Positions 4,746-12,636 of a DNA stretch of 12,636 bases are shown one piece after another. The notes beneath the pieces were generated by a model. It saw only the letters and a program-made list of their open reading frames with translations. It did not search any database and was not told the DNA's origin. The stretch comes from Candidatus Eiseniibacteriota bacterium (GTDB lineage: Bacteria > Eisenbacteria > RBG-16-71-46 > JABDJR01 > JAWXBZ01): assembly GCA_034440375.1 (NCBI GenBank), contig JAWXBZ010000076.1, positions 1 through 12,636 of the forward strand, written 5' to 3'. The first letter of the stretch is position 1; every line of letters begins with the position of its first letter. The translations under genes and the position numbers were made by a program.

Positions 4746-7700
4746 CTAACGAACGACGAGCATCTTGCGCGTAAACAGCTTGTCCCCGGCCTTCAAGTGG
4801 TAGAAATAGATACCGCTGCCGAACGACCCGGCATCCAGGTTCAGGGTGTGTCGACCGGCCGGGATGCGCTGCCCGCCAAGGTAGGAAGCCACCAACCGAC
4901 CACTGACGTCGAAGATCTGCAGTTCGACCTCCGTCTCGACCGGGAGGTCGAACTGAACGGTCGTGGCGGACTGGAACGGGTTCGGGTAGTTCTGGGCCAA
5001 CGCATACTGCGGCGGCGGCGGCGGCGCATCGGGCACTCCGACGCCGGAACTGAGATTGATCGTGGCCTCGGCGACATTCTTGGCCGGTTCCGGATTCCCG
5101 GAGTTATCGCGGGCGATCGTATAGAACCCGTACGCGTGACCCGGTTGAAGGGTCAGCGTGGCGGCGGACTGAGCCAGGTTGCCGGACACGAGTTGGAAGC
5201 CGCCATTATTCTGCTGCAGGTACAGATCGAAGGTTCCGACCCCGGAGCCGGTCGCGTCATCGCTGGCGGACCACGCCACTCGGACTGAGTTTGGACCCAG
5301 GATCTGCGGGGCCCCGACCGTGCTCGACGGCTTGATTCCATCGATGGTATGCGATGTCGTGTTGGTACTTACCGGGGCGTTCGTGTCGAACGTAATGGCC
5401 GCCTGCATTGAGATCGGGGCACCGGTGGTCGCACCCGAAGCGGGCCTCACGGTGAAGTTGCAGAACCCCTGGCCGCGGCCGAACTGATCATTGACCGGGA
5501 GGAACCCAGTCTGGGGATTTGTCGGCAGCTGCCCGGTGGCCGGATCGATCGAGGTGAACGTCCAGAATGCCTTCCGGGCGTTGATGTCCACGCCGGCCGT
5601 CACGCGAACGCGCAGGTTCAGATCAGAGAAATAGGGCTCCACCGTATAGGAGGAGCGGTTGGGCGGCACCTCGATGACATGTGAACCAAATCCGAAACTG
5701 CCCAGCCGGAAGGACGAGAGCTCCAGGTTGGCGTGGAGTGGCACGTTGACCTGGACAACCTGGGCCGGCGCCGTGGCCACGCCCGAGAGATTTTCAAAGT
5801 TGGCCGTGAAGAGCATCGGCTGGGACACGGCGACAAAATGGGCGGGGCCGAAGCCGGGAGGGCCGGTCAGCGTGTTCGGATCGCACGGCGCCACGACCAC
5901 GGCATCGATGCATTGTTCGAAGGAGAAGGCACCGCAGGTCGTTCCCGGAATGCCCACGGTCAGGCCGGTTCCGAGCCGGAGGGTGAGCGGAAGCACGGCA
6001 TCGAAGCAGGCCAGGCAGGACGGAAGGGCGCACTCGACGGTCCCCTCGCTGGTGCAATCGGGTGCCTCGGTCGGGTGCGAGCAATCCCCCTCCTGGGTTA
6101 CCGGCCCACCACCGAGGCTGAATGGCGGCTCGGAATCCATGCTGACCGGGAACAGGAGCGGACCGTCGGCCAGGGCGAGGACGTCGAGGGTGTCCAGGAG
6201 GCCGTTCACGACATGGTCGGCCAGCAGGGCCTCGTCCCGGAAGTTGGTTGGGTCGGCCGCGAGATTCAGCACCGCCGGCTCGACTCCCGACGGGTTGCCC
6301 AGGATGGCCGCGCGCGAAGCCTCGATTTTCACCGCTTCCCGTGTCAGCCAGGTCGGGGTATCGGACAGCTCCGTGAGAGACAGAATGGAAAACGGACTCG
6401 TTGGGAAACCGGTGACGTTCAGCGTGACGACCACTTCGTCCTCGGGCGCCAGGTGCGCCGTCTCGAGGTCGAGGGTCCGGATGGAATCGTCGACCACCAC
6501 GTTGAGCAGGCCGATATGGTCGCCGGCGGTAGGAGCAAACAGCTCCGGATATCGATCGCTTCGACGAAGGAAGCCCGGACTCGACTGGACGGCGATGATC
6601 TGCGTCGTTCCGGGAACGATCAGGCGTGCCTGGAAGTGGGAAATATCGACATTCGAGACGTTGCGATATCGGAAAGTAAAATAGGCAGCGGCGTTGTTGC
6701 GGACGAAGTCCTGGCGTACGGCGGTTGTCACGACCGCCAGTGCCCGCGCCGGTTCGACGAGAACCGCCTGCTGCAGGGTGACCGTTTCGTCCTCGTTGAT
6801 CGCCTTCACGCTCATGGATCCGGTAATTCCGGCCGGCAGAATGAACCGACCCTTCATCCGGGTCGTATTGATGAAGACGGTTCGGTTCGCCGGGACGAGT
6901 ATGTTTCCGTAGCTGAGATACAGCCGGGTGAAGTCCCGGAATCCCGCGCCGTCGACGGTGAGCGTCACCTCCCCCGGGCTCCCGATGACGGTCGGCGAGA
7001 CCGATGTAATCGAGAACGGGAGCGCCCTGGCCGTGATGGTCACGACTTCACTGGTCACGCCGGACGGCAGGGCCGCCGCGCGGATCAGGATGTAGTACGT
7101 GCCGTCCTGGATGGACGGAATGAGAATTGATGGACCGGCCGTGAACGTGGGGGGACCGGAGACATCAAAATCTCCCGGCGTCGGCGCCCGATCGAACGCA
7201 ACGTACAACTCATTGGTCGCCCCAGCTTCCGTCGATGACAGGTCGAGTCGCAGGTCGAACTCGCCGCTAACGGAGAGCTTGAAGTAGCGGGACTGGCCGG
7301 CGGCCAGGCTGATCGCAGCCGGAACCTCGAGCTGGAGCGGCGTGATGTCCACCACGATCGGCGAGGCCGAGAAATTCTCGTTGTTGTCAAGCGTCGTTTC
7401 GCGGATATTGTTTCGCAGGTTGGTTTTCACGATGGCGTGATACGCGCCGGGTGACACGCCGGGGAGTGGCCTGGTGATCTGCCCGACGAGTCCAGCCAGG
7501 GCTTCCGCCGACAGTGTGATCGTCGAGTGAATGGAGATCGCGGCTCCGGGAGCCAGGTCGATCGATCGCGTGGTGATCCCCACCAGCGGTGCGTCCGGTG
7601 TGAAGGTCGTGTCCGCCGAAATGTAGATGCCGTCGCGCATCTGTCCCACGGCCGGGTTCATGCCCTGGTTCTCGATGGTCCAGGAAATTGTCAACGGGAC

Positions 7701-10700
7701 ACCGGGCTCGGCAGTTGGCGGGACGCTGATGCCCGTGACCACGAGGTCGGCGGGAGGCGGCAGAATCACGTTGACGACGGCATGGGCTCGATTGACCTCC
7801 GCCCCGGCCTCGTAAACCTCGCCGTTCCGGTCCACATCCACGATGACGTAGTACGGTCCAGACGTATAAATCGGCAACTCGACGCCGAACGACTCGCTGA
7901 TGACGCCGCTGGCCGGAAGTACTCCGGTGTGGGCGTAGGTGCCGAGGTTGATATCGAATCCGTCCAGGTACTGGTTTGTCGACAGGTAAACTGAGACATC
8001 CCAGTCGGCCGGTACGGCCGGCCCGCTGCCACTGTTGGTCGTTGTCCAGTCTACGGTCATCGGCTGGCCCGCCGTCGCCATGGCGGGGACCACGACCATG
8101 GACGCGATCAGGTCGGGCGGCGGAGTCAGCTGAACCATGGTCGTGGCACCCGACGCAACGACGTTGTTGGACAGGTTGATATCGTTCGAGTTGGACCGGT
8201 CGGGATCGACGTCGACGATCACATGATAGGTCCCCGTCAAGCCGTTGCCGAGCACAACGTTGACGGAGCGATTGGTCGACGCCCCCGCCCCGAGACCGCC
8301 GTTGTAGGTCTGGGACGAGAGGAGCAGATCGCCGCCGCCCAGCACGGGATCCAGCGACAGGTAGACCTTTTCCTTCCAGCTAGTCGAGAGAGTGGCGGCG
8401 CTTCCGATATTCGACGTTGTCCAGCTGAAACCGGCCGTTGCGCCCGAGAAGGCCGTGGCCGGACCGACGACTGACGACGCCTGCAGGTCCACCGGCGGGT
8501 AGGGTGTAATGATCAGTCCACTCGATGAGCCTGTGTTGTTTCCTTCGTCCGTGTGCTCGAACAGCCGGTTCTCGTAATCGGTTTGCACATGCACGTAATA
8601 GGTACCGGAGAGGGATGACGGCAGCGTCAATGTTCCCGTGAGCGAATACGACGCTCCCACTCCCGGCGTGCCGGGTCGGAGAAACGCACCGAGTACGGTG
8701 CCGGATGCCACACTGGGCGAGGTGGACAGGATCACCCGGTCAACCCACGAACCGTGGCTGGGCGCGCCGCCGTCATTGGTCACCTGCCAGGTCACGTTGA
8801 TGGGCGTGCCGGCCACCGCCGATGACGGGGCGGTCACGTCGGTGACCAGGAGATCGGGCCACGGTGGCACCGTGACGGTGGCGGCCGACAGGGTGGCCCG
8901 CGTGTTGTCCCCGTCGTCGAGTTCCTGAACACTTAGCGAACGATCGGCGTGGACCAGGAAGTAGTAGGTGCCCTGGGTCCCGTTGGGCAGGGTGACCTGG
9001 GCCGAGCTGGTGTACGAGGAATCGCGCCCCAGGAACTGGGTATGCGCCACGTTGGCCAGCTGGGTGTCGGTGCCCTCCTCGAGCGTGGCATTGGTCGAGA
9101 GATACAGCCGATCCGACCACCACGTCTCCCAGGTCGGGTTGAGGCCGCTGTTCAGCACGGACCAGGAAACGTTGAACGGCACGCCCGAGTTGATGGAGGC
9201 CGGGGCGGCCACGGCGGTGACGACCAGGTTGGCCGGTGGCGTGAGCGTGGTGGAAATATCATCGTTGTTCCAGTTGTTGAACTGGCCGACGTTCTCGAAG
9301 ACCTCGCCATCCTCGGGCACGGTCTGGCCGGAGGCGGTGACCCCGATGTCGGTGTAGACGATGAGCCAGTAGTTTCCATTGATGCCCTGGGGCAGCGTGA
9401 TCGACTCCGTACGGATGTAGCTGCTGTCCGCCTCGAGGGCGCCGAAATGGCGAAAGCGCCCGAGCGGCTGATCGAATACCCTTATCGTGCCCGTCTGAAA
9501 GGTCAGCCCCAGGGTGGAGTCCGGAGATAGAAATACCGTGTCCCACCATTGATCAAGATCCGTCCGGCCGCTCCCCTGGTTTCGGACCGTCCACTGGACA
9601 TTGATGGCCTCGCCGGAGAAGGCGGTCGGCGGCACCACGACCGATGTCGTGCGCAGATCAGCGAAGTCGGACAGGAAAATGGTGAAGCCGGCCGAGCCCC
9701 CCGTATTGTTGGCCGCCGAGTCCTCGGCCTGTTGATCCAGGTTGTCGGTCCGGACATGAAGGTAGTGAAGTCCATTGGCCCCCCGGGGCAACGTAACCTG
9801 CCGGGTTGTCGCGTACGACTCGCCGGGTGCCAGGTAGGCCGTGTTCTCGAATCGACCCAGAAAGAGCGAGGTCGAGGGACTGTAGGTCGGTCCGACCGAG
9901 AGGTAGACATCGTCGTACCATTGCGGTGCCTGGGTCGGACCGTCGCCGGAGTTCGTGACCTGCCAGGTCAGCTGAAGCGTCTGGCCGGAATTGGCCGTCG
10001 GTGGCGCGAGAACCGAACCGACAAACAGATCAGGGAGAAACGCCAGCGATACCTCGTTGGACGGCATGCTGTAAGGACTCAGGTTTCCGGCTCCGTCGAT
10101 CGAGTAGGCCCGCGCAAAGTAGCCGGCCCCGTTGCTGCCGACGAAGCTGAAAAGGCCTGTCGTCGAGACGGCGACATCCTGGACGACGTTTGTGAATCCA
10201 ATGTCCGTTGCCACCTGGAGGTGGAACCCGGCCAGCGATCGATCGTCGGACCCCGTCATCGTCACCTGGACCGTGTTGCCGTCCTGGAGGCGGGCCGTCG
10301 GCGTGTTGACCAGGGGCGGGGCAAGATCCACGATCCACGATCGCGTCAGGGATCCGATCTTCCCCACCTGGTCCCGACACCGGACTTCGAAGTCATGAGG
10401 ACCATCGAGCAGGGCACTCAGTGGTACGGTCGTGGTCATATCGAACACCGAGTAGGTGCCACCGTCCAGCCGCCACTGGAATTGAAGGGTGCTGTCGGGG
10501 CTCACGATGTCGGAACCACTCCAAGCCAGGACCGCGGTGGTGTCGTTCGAGAGGGAGCCGTTCGCGGGTCCGGCCGTGAAGATGATTGATGGCGGAAGAT
10601 TGTTCACCGTGAACGATCGGGTGGCCGGCACCGACGTGTTGCCGGCAAGATCCTGCGAGCGGACCCGGAACGTCTGGAGCCCGTCACCGAGGCCGGTGAA

Positions 10701-12635
10701 CGTGCGTGTCGAGTCGGCGGTGGTTGGGCCGAACGGCTGCGGGTCGATCGTCGACGCGAAGAGCAGGCTGGCCCGCGGCGTTTCCGTGTCGCTCCCCGTC
10801 CAGCCGAACGAGACGATGTTGGTGTCGAGGACGGCACCCTCGACCACACCGGTCAGAATGGACACGACCGGAAGACCCATCTCGATGTTAAACGCCCTGG
10901 CGGCCGGTGTGGCATCGATGTTTCCGGCGCTGTCGCGCGCCCGCACCTCGAAGGTATGAGCGCCAATGACTCCGAAGTTGAACGTGCCACTCGTCGCGGA
11001 GGCGAAGGAACTCCAGGTGCCGCCATCCAGTCGCGTCGAGAAGGTGAGGCCGCCAACGGCATCGGTCCCGGACCAGGAGAAGAAAACACTCAGCGTGTTC
11101 GTTGCGCCACCGTCCGTCGGACCGAGAGCAATCGAGGTCTGCGGGTCGGTCAGATCCACGGTGAATGATCGGCTGACGCTACTGATGTTGCCAGCTGCAT
11201 CCCGGGCGCGGATCACGATGGTGTGACCGGACTCCGACAGCCCGGTCAGCGTCACGGATTGCGTCGTATCGAACAGCGATGCGGTGCCGGTGTCAAGCTG
11301 CCAGGAATAAACCAGGCTGTCCGGCGGGAAGACATTGTCGGTGGCGTGCCAGGCAAACAGCACGTCGACGGTGTCGACCGCGCTGCCGGCGGCCGGTCCC
11401 GAGTCGATCAGGACAACCGGCCCGGTCAGGTCGACGGTCCAGGTGCGCTGGGCCGGTGAGGCATCAATTCGCCCCGACGTGTCATGCGTCCGGACCCGGA
11501 AGGTGTGAGCTCCCCCGGTGAGGTCCGTGAACATGGTGGTGGTGTCCGGTGACGGCGTGGTGAAGGCGGCGCTGTCCAGGCTCCAGGAATAGGTCAGACT
11601 GTCGACCGGCGTCTGGAGGTCGGTGCCGGTCCACTCGAACGTGGCCAACGCGGAACTGGTGACGGAGCCATCAGCCGGACCCGATACCAGGATCGTCTCG
11701 GGTGCGTTGCTGTCGGTGACGACATGGAGGCTGATGCCATCCCCGGTGTTGCGAGGTTCCAGGACGAGACCGGGGCCGACACCGAGCCCGTTGAACGTCG
11801 TTATCCCGTTCACCGAACCCGCGGTGACCACGCGGAAGGAATCGCCGAGCGAAGGCGTGAATCCGTTGATGAGGCTTACATTGAGGGTGCCGTCGATGGT
11901 GACCGCGCCGCTGACCGCCAGCCGGTCATAGGTGGTTCCGGCCGTCAGGCCGCCCAGTTCCATGTTCAGTTCGCCGCTTGCGGATTGCGGGAAGGCACCG
12001 GACACGGTGAGCAGGCCCGGCGACGTGCCGGGGTTCACCGCTCCACTGTTGGTAAAGATGAACCCGGTCGTGGCGAACGTCCCACTGCCCTGGATCACAC
12101 CGGTGGTGTCGTTCAGGAAAAGCCGCACGCCGCTCCCCAGGACTGAAAAACCACTTCCAATGGTCAGCATTCCGACGTTCGTAAAGGACGGTGATGTCCC
12201 CGATTGGGTCAGGGTGAGATTGCCACCGATAACGTTGATCATGCCGCTGTTCTGGTGCGCCGCCGAAGCCTTGTTGACGACAAGGTTTGTCGACACGTTC
12301 AGCGTGCCCTGATTGTCGAGCGCAGCAGTCAGCGTTCGTGTTCCGGAGCCGGCCGGAAGAGCGTCGATCATCCCGCCTGGTGCGTTCGTCAGGGTGCCGG
12401 CGGTGACGACCATGGACGAAGGCCAGCCGAGCGGGCTCGCAATCTCCAGGACTCCGTTGTTCGTAAATCCCGTGGACACAGTGAGCGTGGCGCTCTGGCC
12501 GGGAACCGGCAATACCCGGATGATCGATCCGGCGGAGGTGCTGAGCGCCCCGTTGACGCTGGTCGCGCCCTGCGTCAACAGGGTGCCCTGGACATCCAGG
12601 GATGCATTGACCACGCAGTTCGTCAGGCTCCAGGT
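4746..12635 (-). CDS. Giant secreted multidomain surface protein / adhesin-like with CARDB and Ig repeats and a T9SS type-A C-terminal sorting domain; start lies beyond the window
   Basis: Uninterrupted ORF of >2,620 aa. It is still open upstream of the GTG at 12614 (TWSLTNC) to the window edge, and stops at TAG 4748-4746. It ends in 'QNYPNPFQSATTVQFDLP...IFDVSGRLV...SGIYFYHLKAG...TRKMLVVR*'. Confidence 0.92.
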   Translation of the reverse strand, partial: TWSLTNCVVNASLDVQGTLLTQGATSVNGALSTSAGSIIRVLPVPGQSATLTVSTGFTNNGVLEIASPLGWPSSMVVTAGTLTNAPGGMIDALPAGSGTRTLTAALDNQGTLNVSTNLVVNKASAAHQNSGMINVIGGNLTLTQSGTSPSFTNVGMLTIGSGFSVLGSGVRLFLNDTTGVIQGSGTFATTGFIFTNSGAVNPGTSPGLLTVSGAFPQSASGELNMELGGLTAGTTYDRLAVSGAVTIDGTLNVSLINGFTPSLGDSFRVVTAGSVNGITTFNGLGVGPGLVLEPRNTGDGISLHVVTDSNAPETILVSGPADGSVTSSALATFEWTGTDLQTPVDSLTYSWSLDSAAFTTPSPDTTTMFTDLTGGAHTFRVRTHDTSGRIDASPAQRTWTVDLTGPVVLIDSGPAAGSAVDTVDVLFAWHATDNVFPPDSLVYSWQLDTGTASLFDTTQSVTLTGLSESGHTIVIRARDAAGNISSVSRSFTVDLTDPQTSIALGPTDGGATNTLSVFFSWSGTDAVGGLTFSTRLDGGTWSSFASATSGTFNFGVIGAHTFEVRARDSAGNIDATPAARAFNIEMGLPVVSILTGVVEGAVLDTNIVSFGWTGSDTETPRASLLFASTIDPQPFGPTTADSTRTFTGLGDGLQTFRVRSQDLAGNTSVPATRSFTVNNLPPSIIFTAGPANGSLSNDTTAVLAWSGSDIVSPDSTLQFQWRLDGGTYSVFDMTTTVPLSALLDGPHDFEVRCRDQVGKIGSLTRSWIVDLAPPLVNTPTARLQDGNTVQVTMTGSDDRSLAGFHLQVATDIGFTNVVQDVAVSTTGLFSFVGSNGAGYFARAYSIDGAGNLSPYSMPSNEVSLAFLPDLFVGSVLAPPTANSGQTLQLTWQVTNSGDGPTQAPQWYDDVYLSVGPTYSPSTSLFLGRFENTAYLAPGESYATTRQVTLPRGANGLHYLHVRTDNLDQQAEDSAANNTGGSAGFTIFLSDFADLRTTSVVVPPTAFSGEAINVQWTVRNQGSGRTDLDQWWDTVFLSPDSTLGLTFQTGTIRVFDQPLGRFRHFGALEADSSYIRTESITLPQGINGNYWLIVYTDIGVTASGQTVPEDGEVFENVGQFNNWNNDDISTTLTPPANLVVTAVAAPASINSGVPFNVSWSVLNSGLNPTWETWWSDRLYLSTNATLEEGTDTQLANVAHTQFLGRDSSYTSSAQVTLPNGTQGTYYFLVHADRSLSVQELDDGDNTRATLSAATVTVPPWPDLLVTDVTAPSSAVAGTPINVTWQVTNDGGAPSHGSWVDRVILSTSPSVASGTVLGAFLRPGTPGVGASYSLTGTLTLPSSLSGTYYVHVQTDYENRLFEHTDEGNNTGSSSGLIITPYPPVDLQASSVVGPATAFSGATAGFSWTTSNIGSAATLSTSWKEKVYLSLDPVLGGGDLLLSSQTYNGGLGAGASTNRSVNVVLGNGLTGTYHVIVDVDPDRSNSNDINLSNNVVASGATTMVQLTPPPDLIASMVVVPAMATAGQPMTVDWTTTNSGSGPAVPADWDVSVYLSTNQYLDGFDINLGTYAHTGVLPASGVISESFGVELPIYTSGPYYVIVDVDRNGEVYEAGAEVNRAHAVVNVILPPPADLVVTGISVPPTAEPGVPLTISWTIENQGMNPAVGQMRDGIYISADTTFTPDAPLVGITTRSIDLAPGAAISIHSTITLSAEALAGLVGQITRPLPGVSPGAYHAIVKTNLRNNIRETTLDNNENFSASPIVVDITPLQLEVPAAISLAAGQSRYFKLSVSGEFDLRLDLSSTEAGATNELYVAFDRAPTPGDFDVSGPPTFTAGPSILIPSIQDGTYYILIRAAALPSGVTSEVVTITARALPFSITSVSPTVIGSPGEVTLTVDGAGFRDFTRLYLSYGNILVPANRTVFINTTRMKGRFILPAGITGSMSVKAINEDETVTLQQAVLVEPARALAVVTTAVRQDFVRNNAAAYFTFRYRNVSNVDISHFQARLIVPGTTQIIAVQSSPGFLRRSDRYPELFAPTAGDHIGLLNVVVDDSIRTLDLETAHLAPEDEVVVTLNVTGFPTSPFSILSLTELSDTPTWLTREAVKIEASRAAILGNPSGVEPAVLNLAADPTNFRDEALLADHVVNGLLDTLDVLALADGPLLFPVSMDSEPPFSLGGGPVTQEGDCSHPTEAPDCTSEGTVECALPSCLACFDAVLPLTLRLGTGLTVGIPGTTCGAFSFEQCIDAVVVAPCDPNTLTGPPGFGPAHFVAVSQPMLFTANFENLSGVATAPAQVVQVNVPLHANLELSSFRLGSFGFGSHVIEVPPNRSSYTVEPYFSDLNLRVRVTAGVDINARKAFWTFTSIDPATGQLPTNPQTGFLPVNDQFGRGQGFCNFTVRPASGATTGAPISMQAAITFDTNAPVSTNTTSHTIDGIKPSSTVGAPQILGPNSVRVAWSASDDATGSGVGTFDLYLQQNNGGFQLVSGNLAQSAATLTLQPGHAYGFYTIARDNSGNPEPAKNVAEATINLSSGVGVPDAPPPPPQYALAQNYPNPFQSATTVQFDLPVETEVELQIFDVSGRLVASYLGGQRIPAGRHTLNLDAGSFGSGIYFYHLKAGDKLFTRKMLVVR
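4749..5009 (-). other. T9SS type-A (Por secretion) C-terminal sorting domain of the giant protein
   Basis: Contains YPNPF (PNPF at 4985-4974), 'IFDVSGRLV', 'SGIYFY' and terminal 'RKMLVVR', preceded by a 'GVGVPDAPPPPP' linker. Confidence 0.85.
5340..5885 (-). other. 'DPN..GP.G.G' beta-sandwich domain (DUF7619-like) of the giant protein
   Basis: Reads 'CDPNTLTGPPGFG...FTANFEN..ATAPAQVV...LSSFRLG...SIDPATG...GFLPVN...GQGF.NF...AAITFDTNAPVSTN'. Confidence 0.6.
6760..7345 (-). other. PPC-like (pre-peptidase C-terminal) domain followed by an IPT/TIG-like domain
   Basis: 'GQSRYFKLSV...NELYVAFDRAPTPGDFD...GTYYILI' is followed by 'FSITSVSPTVIGSPGEVTLTVDGAGF'. Confidence 0.6.
7350..10040 (-). repeat. 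Seven tandem CARDB-type Ig-like repeats (~120-145 aa, diverged at DNA level)
   Basis: Each unit reads (P/A/V)(D/N)LxxxxxxxP...G....V.W...N.G...(W.D)..YLS.......G.Y.......D......E.....NN. Units start near 10040, 9666, 9236, 8861, 8495, 8120 and 7754. Confidence 0.85.
10045..11714 (-). repeat. Five tandem ~92 aa bacterial Ig-like repeats plus one FN3-like unit
   Basis: Each unit reads D..P......GP..G........F.W.G.D......L.....LD.........L..G.HTF.VR..D.AGN......R.(F/W).VD. Units start near 11714, 11432, 11156, 10883 and 10604, with the FN3-like unit from ~10328. Confidence 0.8.
11715..12635 (-). other. Autotransporter-passenger-like beta-strand region with autochaperone-like cap
   Basis: Gly/Thr/Asn/Ser-rich 'FTNNGVLEI', 'LDNQGTLNV', 'HQNSGMINV' and 'FTNVGMLTI' rungs, then 'PGTSPGLLTVSG...ELGGLTAGTTYDRLAVSGAVTIDGTLNVSLINGFTPSLGDSF'. 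Confidence 0.65.
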
Positions 12636-12636
12636 G

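Noticed and set aside
5009..5026. (CGG)5 microsatellite as a phase-variation tract
   Set aside because: It is a triplet repeat encoding the poly-Pro linker before the CTD, so slippage would stay in frame.
5659..7130. Long plus-strand ORFs (341 aa and 465 aa) opposite the giant gene
   Set aside because: These are antisense shadow ORFs expected from high GC and codon bias. Their composition is Arg/Gly or Ser/Thr/Pro-rich with no recognisable motifs.
8949..10959. Plus-strand ORFs including 9549..10589 (346 aa)
   Set aside because: Same shadow effect over the CARDB and Ig repeats.
1..12636. CRISPR array, tRNA/rRNA, IS or integrase, DGR template/variable repeat pair, RHS/YD repeats
   Set aside because: I saw no regularly spaced DNA repeats, RNA-gene signatures, transposase or reverse-transcriptase motifs, near-identical repeat pairs or YD motifs. 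This was inspection by eye, so subtle cases could be missed.

Overview
GC-rich bacterial window (about 65% by eye). T9SS-type C-terminal sorting domains suggest a high-GC FCB-group lineage; this is inference only. From left to right: (1) a 5'-partial flavin monoamine-oxidase-family gene, followed 14 bp later by (2) a membrane-anchored family-3 solute-binding protein fused to a C-terminal LysM domain, with no ABC permease in view; (3) a decayed AAA_14/DUF4143 ATPase gene with a truncated 5' end and an internal frameshifting deletion; (4) an orphan minus-strand fragment resembling a T9SS/FlgD-like C-terminal sorting domain; (5) a lipoprotein of an uncharacterised family; (6) the 3' 7.9 kb of a giant (>2,600 aa) secreted multidomain surface protein. 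That protein reads N to C: passenger-like beta region, 5 Ig repeats plus FN3, 7 CARDB, PPC-like, IPT, Cys-rich segment, DPN domain, FN3 and T9SS CTD. I saw no rRNA, tRNA, CRISPR array or transposase. The best candidate for something new is the amine oxidase plus SBP-LysM pair, whose binding pocket appears remodelled from alpha-amino acids towards amines. All family assignments come from motif recognition, not database searches.
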